Positions 38,201 to 50,900 of a DNA stretch of 64,000 nt are shown one piece after another. This DNA is from Perna viridis. Its lineage: Eukaryota. Within the stretch, counting starts at the first letter, position 1. Each line of letters opens with the position of its first letter. The position numbers and the translations under genes are program-made. The notes under the pieces were generated by a model. That model was not told the origin of the DNA and ran no database searches. It worked only from the letters and a program-made list of their open reading frames with translations. The DNA lies in NCBI GenBank assembly GCA_037379345.1, contig CM074514.1, forward strand, positions 17,980,001 through 18,044,000, in the 5' to 3' direction.

Positions 38201-41200
38201 CATAACTACTGATTTTTATTAATATGTCACCATAACTATTGATTTTTATCAATATGTCACCATAACTACTGATTATCAATATGTCACCATAACTACTGAT
38301 TTTTATGACAATATTCATGTAGCAACTTCAAAATTACTTGAACCTCTTCAGCTTTATTCAGGAAAAGGTACTTGGAATTTCTTTTTTGAATTAAAATAGC
38401 TTTATTTCAACAAATAAAATGAAATTTTCACAATTAACTATAAAGTACTACCTTAACTTCATGGACATTATTCATGATTAAATGTATAAACTTACATGTA
38501 TGTCCATTTTGAGGAAAAGAGCTTATCCATAGCTTAAATTATCCTTTCTTGGAGAGCAGGGCTTTGGAATTTTTTTTTGGAGAAAAAGTTCGTTTCAAAA
38601 TTTTAAAGGAAAAATAATTTGTTGCTTTAACCGTACAAGTATACATGTACTTAACATAGAATAAAACTGTTTTCGACTTTTCACAAAAAAAAACCAGTTA
38701 TGTCTCAGAATAAAATCCATAACCTCCCTTCAGAAAATCAAATGGTTGCTGCCTAAGAGTAAAAATTCTAGACGGCCATCCATTGATGAATGATAGTAAG
38801 TACTGAAGTGATTAAAACAAAGTTAAAAGAGTACTGAGCATAGAAAGCCCAAAACCCTATTTTTTAAAAAAGAATATAAATAAAAATGGAAATCTGTCAA
38901 TCAATTCACACTCATACATCAATATCTGGAAACAGCCTCATACTTATAAAATTTGTTCCAATATCAGCAAGAATATTAAAAAATGTTTGTGACAGACATA
39001 CGGATGAACTGAAAGAATGCAAACCTCAATGTGCTTTGGTGCTTTGGGACTAGTGAATTAAACACTAGACTGAGTGTTACACAATGATATTCAAATCAAA
39101 GAGACCATAATAGGAACAAAGAATAGAGTACTCATGATCCAGGCAAAAGGCTAGACCTAGAAAATAAACAAAACACATTAACACAAATGAACTAAAACAA
39201 ATAATGGATCAGTTCAGAGTTGGATTCCACATAAAATTTGGAGTATGGACTAATTACACCAATAGAGTAAGCATCTTTTGTTCCTATGGAAACACACAAT
39301 CATATGTTCATATGATATTATGAAACAGTGAAACTATGACATTGTAAACAAGTATATTCTCATATTGGAATGAAATTTGTAAGTCTCTTCATGTGACTCC
39401 ATGGTTTCACCAGAACTAGAAATAATGATAAAACCATCTAATCAATCCCAGCTAAGGTGATTATAAAGCATACATCAGCAGTTGCTTCCTTATTACATGG
39501 ATGATAATCAACGAATATGAGAACTATTTAATTGATTTCAAAAGTGTGAAGCTGAGATCTGACATTCTGTCAATACCTTTTTCAATAATACTTAGCATGG
39601 GATGATATTACATCTCTCATTTACTGACTTGACTTACATGTACATCATAAATAAAATTGCCTTACACAATATTTAGTTACCTGGAATGAAAAGGTCTACA
39701 CATGTAGCTTCTGCCTATTTAAGCAACAGAAATCTTCCATAAGTATATCATTAAGTTCATCAGATTTACACCAAGTAATATTGTTAATCTCATGAAACTG
39801 TACAGAAGTTATAAATTAAGTAACAAGAGCTCTTGTAGTACATTTGACAGTTTAAACAACTCAAAACAAATCAATTGAGGATAGCATATGCAGTAGGCAC
39901 CAATCAATACCATTATTAAGTTCAAATCATTTTTCCCCATTTGATTTATTTAAGTAGCATTCCAGCTAAGAATCATGCAAAATGTGATTCATGGGTAAAA
40001 AGCCTACATATATTTATTTTTGATATTTTGTTTGAACTGGCATAGTAAACAGAAATAAACAGTCAGTTTTTCATATAACCCGTGTTCTTAGGAGATAAAA
40101 ATTATATAGAATGCACTTTAGATTTCAAAAATAAGGGAAATAACTCTGTAAATGACACCCAAAAACAGTATAATCTATTGGATTTTCAATGTTGATTATC
40201 TTCTAAGAGCAGGCAGATTTGAAAAATCTATTTATCAGAAAAAAATATGCAATTAACAGGAATATGCAATTAACAGAAAATATCATTTCAACATAAAATA
40301 CTAAAATTTTTAAATGTTTAAGTGGGACAATTTTATCATGTCTAATTAGATTCCTGGCATAGTGTCTATTCAAAAGAAAGAGAAAATTTTCTAAAAACAA
40401 AATTCCTTAGAAAATCAAAGTATTTCATCAACTATGTATTGTTGTTTTACCCATTTAGATACATTTTTGAGTAAATTTTTAAAAATAATTATGCATTTAA
40501 GAGGAATTTTCTAATTTTTGGTCCTATGTTATACAAATAAGAGAATATTTTTTACATGGATTTGATGGGAAATGTTTTTGTTCTATGAGTTTCTATGCAA
40601 TTAACAGGAATATACAATAAACAGGTATGTTATTAAGTGGAATCCCCTTGTATTAGTTTTGACAGACTTCAGCAGGTGGACCTAGGGTAAGGAACAGCAC
40701 TCTTACAAATCATTGGAATGTGTGTGAAAAGCATTTTACATCAAACTCATCTAAACATCAAAGTAACTTTGATTTATTTCATTCTATCTCAAATGAAAGC
40801 TTGATAAGCTTTGATGAAATTGAATACGATGCAAACATACATGTATCACTGATTTCAAGAGTCATGTCCCTTACCCTAGGTACACCGCCTTAAGCATAGG
40901 GACTTACAATTCATTATGGACACAACAACTGGTTTGGACATTATATTGCACAAAATTTAAATTTAAAAAAATAAATGTTCAAAATCAGACAAACAAAAAC
41001 AAAAAAAAAAAGTCTATTTTTTGGTGTGTGGTTCGTTTGACCCCTCATAACTTAAAAACTATAAGAGACATATATAATCTGATTGAAAAATAAAGACAGA
41101 AATTTTAAAAAGGAATTCAATAAATATAAAATTTTAAATTCAGCCCCTTTGACCCTTTATAACTCGAAAATAGTCAAAAATGCATCAAATCTGCTGATGC

Positions 41201-44200
41201 ATTAATATACCAGAATTAAATAAGGAAGACAATAAATGTGGAATTATCAAAATCAGAAAAAAACCAAACTTTTCATATGGGTTTTAATAAAACACCTGTT
41301 TTTACCCTTTTTGGCCCTTTTTTTCTAAAAAAAGTAGGGGCCACACATTCAAAATTACCTAGGAACCTTCTTCTAGTGGTAGTAAAATCAAATTAAAATT
41401 TCATAACAATTGGTCAACCACAACTAAAGTTATCACAGAAAAACCTAGTGTCAACGGATGACAACACAGACATTGATGATGCCAGTGCCATACCAATATA
41501 CAACTGCAAATTTTTAAGGTGTATAAAACATACAGTATAAATAACATACAACATACCTGTACATATATTCTACAGTTTATGATTAATGTATCAATGAATG
41601 ACGGATGTCATTTGCAACAGGTTTTTGAAACTTGCTACAACAATAAATTTTGAAAATACAATGTATAAATATTTTGGTATTCTCCCAAAGTTACATGTAC
41701 AATGTACTGCTATAGAAAGAAATCATGGTAACAAAATATACAGCTTTCAAAAGTATTAACCAAAAAAAACATTACTCATTTGAAAGTAGAATGGTAATCA
41801 TGGTTTATCACTAACTTCATTTGTTTGGTGGCCAACAGGACTACTTCAGAGGTAAAACAGGTAGTCCTCAGATGGTAATAAAGATCCTGTTCTTATATCG
41901 TATGAAAAATAAGGCAAAATTTAGATAGTCCATAGGATTCCATGAGAAAAAAATTAAATGTCGATCCCTGGGAAAGTCCACCTATGTAAACCAAAGGTTC
42001 TCATTAGAAATTCAATGTAGTGTATTGAAGGTCCAGGACTTCTGCTAATGAAGTATAAAGTCCTGGGTCAGAAACCAAGGGTCCTGGATCACAGACCTAC
42101 ACTAATTTGAACCCCTGAAACTATAACAATTTCAAAAGATCTTGAGTTATCATTCCGAAGCCCTAAGTGTGACAGATGGAAGAACATGAGAGATTGTACT
42201 GGTACATACAAATACCAACCACTTGTCAACTTCATGTCAAGGGGGTCTGATAAAAAGACTGAGATAGTAGTGTGGTTAATAAAATCTAAATTTCTCTTAT
42301 GCTCTAAGTTTTCACCTACATATAAGCATACCAGTAGATAATGAAATGCTTCACAGAGGGCAGCTTGATAAGACCCATGATACAAAACCATGAACAGTTG
42401 ATGCAAGTATGATAAATCATTCAAGCTTGATACAATTCTAAAATTCGATTGAGACTAAATATTTGACACAGGACACAGGAGCTTGATCCCACTATTAAAT
42501 ATGATACTTGTGTCAATTTATTGGATTCGTAATTTGCCAAGTGATTGCAGAGCAGTAAATAATAATATATTCAATTTTGTATAAAAAAAAATTGAGTTGA
42601 AGTGAGGCACCCTAAATCTGTTACATACTAGTCATACTGCATGTTTGATAGTGGGAGCAAGCCCCTGGGCACAGGATAAGAATTTGACAAGAACCAAAGT
42701 GGACTCTTTTTGCCTTCTTTTCCCAAATAGTTCCAGTTATAATCCCTTAAATAAATCCCAGCCTTACTTTTGGGTAATGGTACCTTGTGGTACAATACCT
42801 AAGAGATTCATTCACCTACAATCAAGAATTATCCAGAGAACAGGAAAATGTGCATTTCTTGTTTCCCATTCCTAAACTGCTCTTATCATAAGTCAACCCC
42901 ACAATTTACCCAGCCTACATTTGGAGATACATGTATGGTAAATTTTGACACAATTTCAAAGAGACCCATTCCATTATAGTTAAGTCATTGCCCAGACATC
43001 ATGAAAATGCTTGTTTTTGGCCACTTCTTGGGCCTTTATTCATCACAACCCTGAAAATCAATCCCAGACTTCCTTTAGTTGTATGGTATCTTGTATACTC
43101 AAGTTATTGACTAGAAACAAAATGTCTCAGACAACAATGGGGATAGCATAACATTATACAACTACAATTTTTTTTTGATTGTATAAAAAGATATGTTTTT
43201 GTTATCTATTTAGAAATCACATGTAATTGGTTAACTCACAGTTACACAGTCAAACATACCTGGTCCCTTGCTTCATTGTTGGCCTCTTCATAACCATCTG
43301 GGTTCATGGAAGGTAGGATATGGATCCTGGTATGGTCTATCAGCCAATTCAATCTCTCGTCTTTCCTCTCACTCATCAGTGCTATCAATGCCAATAAGAC
43401 TTCTCTACCAACAACCTCATTCCCATGCATGTTTCCAACATATTTAAATTCTGGTATTTCTACAAAAAAGTTCATTTGCACCTTAACATATGGAAATTAT
43501 GCATATTGTGATAGTTCAATAATCATTGATGTTCTGAATTCTTTTGAAAGAACATTGTTATAATATTTTCAATCACCTTCATTTATTTCAACTAGAAATA
43601 TTGCAAGCATATTTTGCATACATGTACATTAGGCCAACTCTGATATATAAAAGAAGTGGGTTTTTTTTTTTAACTTTAATTAAAACTCTGCTAAACGCTA
43701 TAAATTACAGAATGGCCCTCAAATTGGAACCTGGTCAATAAATATCCTTGTTATGTTATTTCAGCAAAATTTCAAAGATCAAAGTTTAATAACTATCTGC
43801 AAAAAGGACTGTTTGGTTCTCAAATTATGTGTGGATTATACATGTAGACTAAAAAAAATATCTTCTAAATTCATAATAAAATGCTTGATACAACAGCCTC
43901 AGAGATAGAATCTCCCAAAAAATTGGTATTAGGTCTGTTCGCTCTAGTTACTAGTAACTTGTTTGCCCTTGGTACATTGTTTTGTCTTACTTGGTGAGGT
44001 GAGACAAGGTACATGTATTTTGATCCTGAAGAATCAAAATCCCAAAAATGACAAAAAAAACACTATTTTAAGCAAAAAAAAAAAAAAAACAAAGGGTGGG
44101 TAGGGTAAAAGGAAACAGACATTTTTTTTAGTTGGCCAAACTGCACAAGCAAGACAAAATTGCAAAAACAAATTGCCACATATAAGTCTTTTTTCTGGTT

Positions 44201-46581
44201 TTGGCGAAAGAATTTTCGAAGTCAGAGCAGCCTCTGTGGAGTACATGTTAAGCATAAAGTTTGTCAAAAAAAAAAAAAAAAATAGTTACTATTAATATCC
44301 TGAAACACAGGCACTAGAAATAAATACAAATATATTATATTATATGGACGCTGTTTTCTTGTCCTTGTTTTGTTCCTAATTCAACTGATAAAATGTCTAG
44401 TGCCTGAAACAAGAAAATCAGTTGGTTTACATCAGTATTAAGTTGACAATACATTTCAAAATATTATGAAGTTATTTTTTAGCCTTCATTTTGACACTAC
44501 TGATATAAATGCTTACAAAACTGAAATAACAATGTACTTGGCATTATCTTAGAATTCAATTTTGAGGACAAAATTATTTCACCATAGTGTTGTACAATTT
44601 TTATATAAATGATCATCAAGTTCAATATACACATTAAAGTTATACATTTAAGTGCTAGTGTATACAGCATTCAGCTAATTTTCATGCTTTCAACTTCCTT
44701 ATAGATTTTAAAATGACAAATAAAGTTTAAAAAAAAATGAAAACTAATTCTTGTTACCATGGTTATTCATGATCCTACGTGTGTACATGTTAATTCATTT
44801 ACAGTACTAAATGTACATTGTCACAAAGACATGGATATTAATGTTGGAAATAAATAAAAATTTCTGGATCGATGATCGTTGTACATTTATATCTTATGTG
44901 AATGTGTAAAATCATCATCAATAAAGCCACCGTGTTAACTTGAGGCCTGTCCGCTACAGGCCGACAGACAACAAATAAATTTGTCCAATGTTACAGTAAA
45001 AAATAGAACAAACTGTCAGTAAACAGAAAGATAAATTGTCAAGTCAGACAAGAAAAAAGATGACTTCAAAAAGAAGTATAAAGACAAAATTTTCGTAATT
45101 ATATTTTTAAGATACGAACAAATTGATTTTGATATCTTGAAATCAGTCATCAAATCGAAGCTCCCCAAACGACCATTAACTTGATGTTCAAGATGATCAG
45201 TGCACCACTTAGGATAACAAATAAATAGGTTGAACAGGTTCATGACAAGAAAATAATACATGCTGACTGAACAAACACTAGGGTGAACAAGATTATTTTG
45301 GGGTGATAGAGCATGAATTGGAAAAGTTTGGACCATTACAGACATAACATCAAATTTTCTGTACTGCTTTCTAATTACTAACTTGTTAGTTTTATAACTA
45401 ATATAAATTATCAAATACAATGTACATGTAATTCCTCTTTCATGTGATAATCATGATGTTCGCTGATGCATTTTTAATCTGATGTTTATTCAAATGAGGG
45501 TACCAAGCAAAATAAAAATTAGCCTCCAAAGACAGCATAATTTATATTTGGACCAAAGTTAACCAGAGACATTTCATACACAATATTTTGTTAATTTGCC
45601 TGTTTATTGATGAAATTATTAAGTGGCGGTGAACAAGATTCCCTGACCTTTCCACTTATTAATTTGACTAAAAAATGTACTTTTTCGATCTTTTGATGAA
45701 ACGATCTGAAATATATTGTAGCAGATACATAGAAGACATAAAAAAAAATTGGAAACTGAAGATTCTAATTAATTATCTTGTGGAACAAAGTGATAGGTTA
45801 AAATGAAAATCATGAATTTAATTTTTAATTACTTTCATTTCTGTAAAAATGGAGGGGGGGTATAGGTAACTTGTTTTCAATACTTCTTTTTGGTATGTTT
45901 TAGTGGAAAGAAAAATGTGGTATGAACATGAAGTTAAGATATCATAGAATGGAAAACTGAAGGTTTTCTTTCAATATTCATAATACTTTTCTAGTTATGA
46001 TCACTTAAAGTCAAGTAGTTACTAAATGTTGATTAAGTAAGTACGAGATCCTCGTACTCTGCCACATCTTAATATGAGATTTCAGTTGGTTGCAAATCTA
46101 CTACATAAATTTATACAAATGTACCTCTGAGTTAACCCAGTATTAATAATCCCTTTTGGGATTTCAGAGGGGCATGTTTGTATATCATTTAGACCCAGTA
46201 ATGCTATCCTATTAACATATTCTTCATTCATAATTTGCTTAGAAAAAAATCATAATTATAATTACTTGCTTACTTATCTCACAAGTGGCACACCACCTTA
46301 AAATCCCACTACTTCTCTTGTACCAGGTTAATATACATACTTGAACGATGTTGTCCTGGCCTTGTTGAAAATTCTATAACAGTCAGAGCACGATCTTGAA
46401 CAGATTTTATGGTTAAGTTGTACAATCTGCTTATTTCAGGAGCATTTTCGTTAGCTTTCTTTAAAACATCCTGCAGACTATTATAGTCATGATTTCCAAA
46501 CTTGAAGAATGGTGCTGGCGAGGGTACACTCCCGTAACATATTGCTGGTATAAAGACCAACAAAGGTACAATATTTATCAT
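26206..46581 (-). CDS. CPE: Carboxypeptidase E-like metallocarboxypeptidase (M14B; 9 exons, 484 aa)
   Basis: Exons (minus) 46581-46341, 43459-43260, 31254-31096, 30729-30566, 29897-29764, 28959-28820, 28619-28469, 27841-27660, 26289-26206 (1455 nt, phases consistent). Signal peptide; [13 protein letters not shown] (Zn HxxE); PSMNPDGYE; DLNRNFP; [15 protein letters not shown] (third Zn His); GITNGADWY; [13 protein letters not shown] (catalytic Glu); transthyretin-like C-terminal domain. Single CP domain with no TM segment. Confidence 0.9.
26339..26606. mobile_element. Degenerate MITE in the last CPE intron
   Basis: Inverted ends gtgagtaaaataattaacttt / aaagttaactattttacttgc and inner gacaaggagattt / aaatctccttgtc. 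Confidence 0.55.
27660..27841 (-). CDS. CPE: CPE exon 8
   Basis: [16 protein letters not shown]...GYYP. Confidence 0.9.
28469..28619 (-). CDS. CPE: CPE exon 7
   Basis: [11 protein letters not shown]...IRHDITS. Confidence 0.9.
28820..28959 (-). CDS. CPE: CPE exon 6
   Basis: [25 protein letters not shown]. Confidence 0.95.
29764..29897 (-). CDS. CPE: CPE exon 5
   Basis: YLAESYS...[16 protein letters not shown]. Confidence 0.93.
30566..30729 (-). CDS. CPE: CPE exon 4
   Basis: LQPETKAIM...[19 protein letters not shown]...SPDDATF. Confidence 0.93.
31096..31254 (-). CDS. CPE: CPE exon 3
   Basis: [18 protein letters not shown]. Confidence 0.93.
32010..32700. mobile_element. Non-autonomous Kolobok-type element (AG...CT termini, TTAA/TTAG flanks)
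   Basis: AGCTGCATTAGCTG ... CAGCTAATGCAGCT terminal inverted repeats. Confidence 0.7.
34328..34798 (+). repeat. 471-bp repeat, copy 1 (MITE-like, short TIRs)
   Basis: Near-identical to 36049-36519; ends GGTCTCAGTATCGTATT / AATACGATACTGGTACC. Confidence 0.9.
36049..36519 (+). repeat. 471-bp repeat, copy 2
   Basis: Direct repeat of 34328-34798 at an offset of 1721; one mismatch noticed (aggttgag vs agggtgag). Confidence 0.9.
38170..38306. repeat. Minisatellite, ~30-bp unit x4
   Basis: ttttatcaatatgtcaccataactactgat. Confidence 0.88.
40672..40889. mobile_element. TTAA-type ~215-bp MITE, copy 2 (reverse orientation)
   Basis: gcaggtggacctagggtaagg...cccttaccctaggtacaccgcc-ttaa. Confidence 0.8.
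43260..43459 (-). CDS. CPE: CPE exon 2
   Basis: [20 protein letters not shown]...MNPDGYE. Confidence 0.95.
46341..46581 (-). CDS. CPE: CPE exon 1 (signal peptide and N-terminus)
   Basis: [17 protein letters not shown]...NHDYNSL...[11 protein letters not shown], donor gtatgt. Confidence 0.9.
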
Positions 46582-46724
46582 ATCAAGAAATACAGAGTCC
46601 GTTTCACCCCTGTCTTAAGATTGTAGCGTTACAGAAGCTGAAATATGGCTTGTGAACTCAGTGGTGATCAATGTCAGTGTTTACTAGCACCTGCTTATGT
46701 TTATGAATGAGTTGACGTTCATTG

Positions 46725-46732
46725 TGACGTCA
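46725..46732. promoter_or_regulatory. Perfect cAMP-response element TGACGTCA upstream of CPE, with a TGACG half-site at 46713-46717
   Basis: Palindromic CRE about 145 nt upstream of the CPE ATG, next to a GGGGTGG box and a CACCTG E-box. Confidence 0.55.
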
Positions 46733-47833
46733 ATTGTAGAGGGGTGGTTATGTTGTCAGTTTTGCATACGAAGATGGAATGAGTTAAACGGCAGTTTTTA
46801 TCACAGTGAATAATAAATCGCTTTAAACATATTATTTTAAAAAATATGGCTTTTTAACTAGCCGAAATAATTATTTTCTTTTAATATTCGCCCTCAACAG
46901 CTTTTATTTACAATGAAGTATCCCCATCGTATAGATTTACCGGAATTTTTTATAGGAACGAATTTGTCATTTTCGACCACACACATAACGAGCTTACATT
47001 TTTTTTCTTATCATGACAATTATAATCCAGATTAAAATTCACATGTTTCTCCAGTATTGCTAGACTAAGAGCACATGGGCTTGCTCCCACTATCAAATAT
47101 ATACGTTTACATACGAGTTGGGCTGCATATTAGATTACGGGAGTATACGCCCCTGTGCTTGGAATGATATATATTCTCCATAGTTTATAATGAGAGAAAG
47201 GGGTTGAGTCCGTTTAAACCATCATGCAGTCTGGCTCAAAAAAAGGAGTATGCTGTGGCTCGTCCCATAGCTATCCTGTTGTTTATGTTAGGTCTTCCCT
47301 TGGAGTATCTCTCTTTTACCCCCCAAGTGTTTGCTTTCCTTGTGCCAGTCGATAGTTGTTTGTGTTGCATTTTGACATTTACTAGATTTTGGTCTTGCTG
47401 TCATTGAGTTTAACTCTATCCTTTTACGTGCAGTTTTCCACAATATTCAACTGTGTTTGTGCGGTTGTCTCAATATTCGTTTAACATTATCTGCATCTGT
47501 TGGGCATTCGTTTCGTTAGAAGTCATACTTTTTTCGATCGAAATATCACTCGGACTTTTCCGGGAAAGGCCGAGTAATGTTTTGACTTTTTTTCTAACCG
47601 ACTAAGACCACATACATTGTGGAAGAAACACGACGAAACGACCAAAACGTACCATATTTACCTGAACTTTTGTCCCATATTTTGTTTTTTGTTTTTAATA
47701 ATGAGGACTTGTAAAAAATTAATACATAAATTTCAATGCGCCAATGGGACTTTTAAATCAAACATAAATACCTTATCCAAAAATAATTTGATTTTCCTTT
47801 AGCATTGGTTTTTAGGGATATCCGATGATAAAA

Positions 47834-47922
47834 ATGGCGCAAATTGCAACATGTGTAACCAAGACTGGTGGACTTGCAAAAGTTGTTTTGCAAAAATTTC
47901 GATGCAGCAACTACAATATTCG
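47834..47922 (+). CDS. TFAM: TFAM exon 1 (mitochondrial targeting peptide)
   Basis: Good start context and donor cg/gtatgc; phase 2 matches exon 2. Confidence 0.7.
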
Positions 47923-50900
47923 GTATGCAATGTAAAAAAAAACTATTACTTGTTGTACGTCATGATGTGACAAGTAAAATATTAATGGATTAGTAATCAA
48001 TTGAACCAAGATTCAAGCAAAAGTCAAAAGAATTTAATCCAAGGACAAGGATAAAGACTAGACAGAGAAACTTACAACATGAATGGATGTTCTCCATTCT
48101 GTGTGTCTATGATATGTATTGAATATGTTAGTTGTCGCTGGAACAAATTCTAGTTATAATGGCACATAGTGAAATTGGCACCATCGATAGGCCATAGACT
48201 GGCATAGTCAAATCGGCACCCAGTCTGGTTAAATCGACACCCAATTTTGTTAAATTGGCACAAATTCTGGTAACATTGGCACCTCGTTTATTGTCATTAA
48301 TCACCACCTTTATTGTTAAAAGATTGGCCTTGGAAGAACAACCATTAGATAGTTTGAGGGAAATGTGAAAAACCTGAGAATGACTGAAATAACAAGATGG
48401 AACAACTATAACTGTTCATATGTAATGACAAGTTTTGTTCCATTTCTCTTTCCAATTAATAAAGTTACTGGATTGTCAGCATTTTAACATCCCGCCCATG
48501 TCTTCGTGCTGGGGAGTAGCTGCAGTTGTCTGTCCGACTAGAATATAAGATGATGCTTGACACCAAATATCGATACATTTAATAAGTAATTGCATCAAAT
48601 TAGTCATCAAAATTTTTCATTATTTATCAAATATGCCTTTAGGGATTATCCTGGGATGGGCTCTTTTAATTTTATGGGAAAATGTGTTGAGATAGAATTA
48701 AACTGGTCATTTGTTTTGCTGGGCCCCTTGATAAGGCACAAAAATAAACTGTTTATTTGTGCCTTTTGACAGTATTAAGAGATTTTTGGCCCTTCAAAAT
48801 TTTGCGAGGGCTCATCTTTTCCCTAAATGCCCCGTTGAAATTCAAAATATTTCCATTGGCTTCTATATAAAATGGGCCACTGGCCCATGTTATGGGCTCA
48901 TAATGGTCAAAAGCCAGGAAAACCAGAGCGTTTTGAAATAATAAAGTAAAAATAGATAATTTAGATCTGGGATTAATAAAACAGATTCCCAGTTTTGATT
49001 CAAAATATTATTAAATTATCACCACATACACAACAATAAATTACAGATATAACTCATAATACTCAACAATATTTACATGTAATTCAAATTTAAATATTTT
49101 ATAAGATACATTGTAAATCAAACTCTGATACAACTGTAATGTAAAGTTGCCGATTTGACCAGGTCCCGATTTGACTATTTTTAAGGTGCCAAATTAACAA
49201 TAATGGTAGATGCTGATTAAACCAAGTGCCGATTTGACTTGATACCTCTGGAACTTCATGTATTAATGCTCAGTCGTATAGTTTCATTTTACCCTGTAGA
49301 GCATTACCAGCAATGTTTGTATTAGGTAAGAGCATTTCTGATTAATTGTACAGATTCCAGAAATAAAACAGGTGGCGGAAACAGTTCATAAAGGTAGGGT
49401 CTAAAATGTGTAACCTTTACCAACTTTTCCCTGTACCCAAATAATGTTTATGAAAATACTTATTCTTACGGTATGTGAAGAACTGAAAATTGCATTAGAT
49501 GTGGAAAAGTCAGTTTCAATTCATTTCTTATCAAGAAAGTGGCATATATTTTTCTCATATTTTTGTTCAATTGTTCTCGATTTCAAAAGGTCTGAAATGT
49601 GTAACCGGAAGTTACCGCACCAAATTAATAATTGACTATTTCTGACTTTCCTGTCTGTATTTTAAGTTTTTCTGAAATAATTAAGAGGTTAAAACTTCAT
49701 TATGATACTTTGTATAAAGTTTTAAAAGATTTGATATTGTTTTAAAATAGAAGTAATTGATTTTGAATTTCATACCGTACTTAGCATCACTCACTGAATC
49801 TGCAAAGAATGGATAAGATCTTATTCAGGATGAAAAAGAAAGTCTCATAAACAAAGTCTTATGCGAATTTAATTTACAAAGAGAATTGTACATTCGTGTA
49901 TCTTCAATGAAAATTTTGATGATATTATGAAGTTGTAATGTCAAATATTCATTAAAATTGTACCAATAACAAAATATATATATGTATATATCAGACTTTG
50001 ATTTTGGGTATGGGAATTTCGGGTTGCACATTTTCGAACTTTTGAGAGCAGAAAATCCTATAAAATATTTTTTTTTTTTTTTGGTAAGAATAATTATTTC
50101 AAGCCTAACCATAATGTCATTTTGTAAATGTGTACTAACTTTCAGCTGAAAATATCAAGTAATAATGAAGAAATTGGCAAAATAGTATTTGGGTACAGGG
50201 AAAGGTTGGTACAGGTACGGTTTAACAGGAGAAATGATTAATGGTTGCCCACTTGCAAATGGCGACCAGAAATGTGCCTGTGCGACCATTTTTTCCATTT
50301 TAGTAGCTCAGCTGGCAAAAAAAATATATTGTAAACAAAAGTTGCAGTGGGAGTTTTAACTGGTTACCATTTGATCAGAAACGTAGCGTCCCTAGTTAAA
50401 TTTTATCGGTAACCCGTTCTAATTATTCGGAAATTGTTCATAATCGATGACAGTTTCTTATTTCAAATTGCTTATTAATTTCTGCATCGGTTATTTCAAC
50501 AATGAACAAATGGTTCATACCCTCAAACAAGTATTTTTACGTACCCAAATTTCGTCCGAAAAAGTCTGGGCTACCAACTCTTTTTTCTGGGCTAATTGAT
50601 TTTATTGTATAGTAGCCCTGGTGGCTACTGGCCTCAAAAAGTTAATCTTGACCCCTGGGTTTACACATTTTAGAACATACCGTTCATACATAACCTGTGA
50701 TGTAAAATAGAATTATTTGGATGATTCTATTTGTTTTCTGTCAGCCAGGGGTGGACAGGCTTCAAGTCAACAAGTGGTTTTATTGATGATGATTTCACAC
50801 ATTTACATAAGATGTGATGATATCTAGACTAGATAATGGAGACATTTTGGCAAAACGGTATTAAATGGTCATCCTGTTCAAACTCCCAATTACCAATCAT

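Noticed and set aside
42089-45420. ORFs 42089-42424, 42645-42875, 44034-44267 and 45016-45420
   Set aside because: Intronic, with AT-biased composition, no domain motifs and no splice support.
26206-46581. Carboxypeptidase D or M assignment
   Set aside because: Only one CP domain follows the signal peptide, and the main terminal exon has no TM segment or GPI signal. CPE-like is the best fit, although a phylogeny would be decisive.
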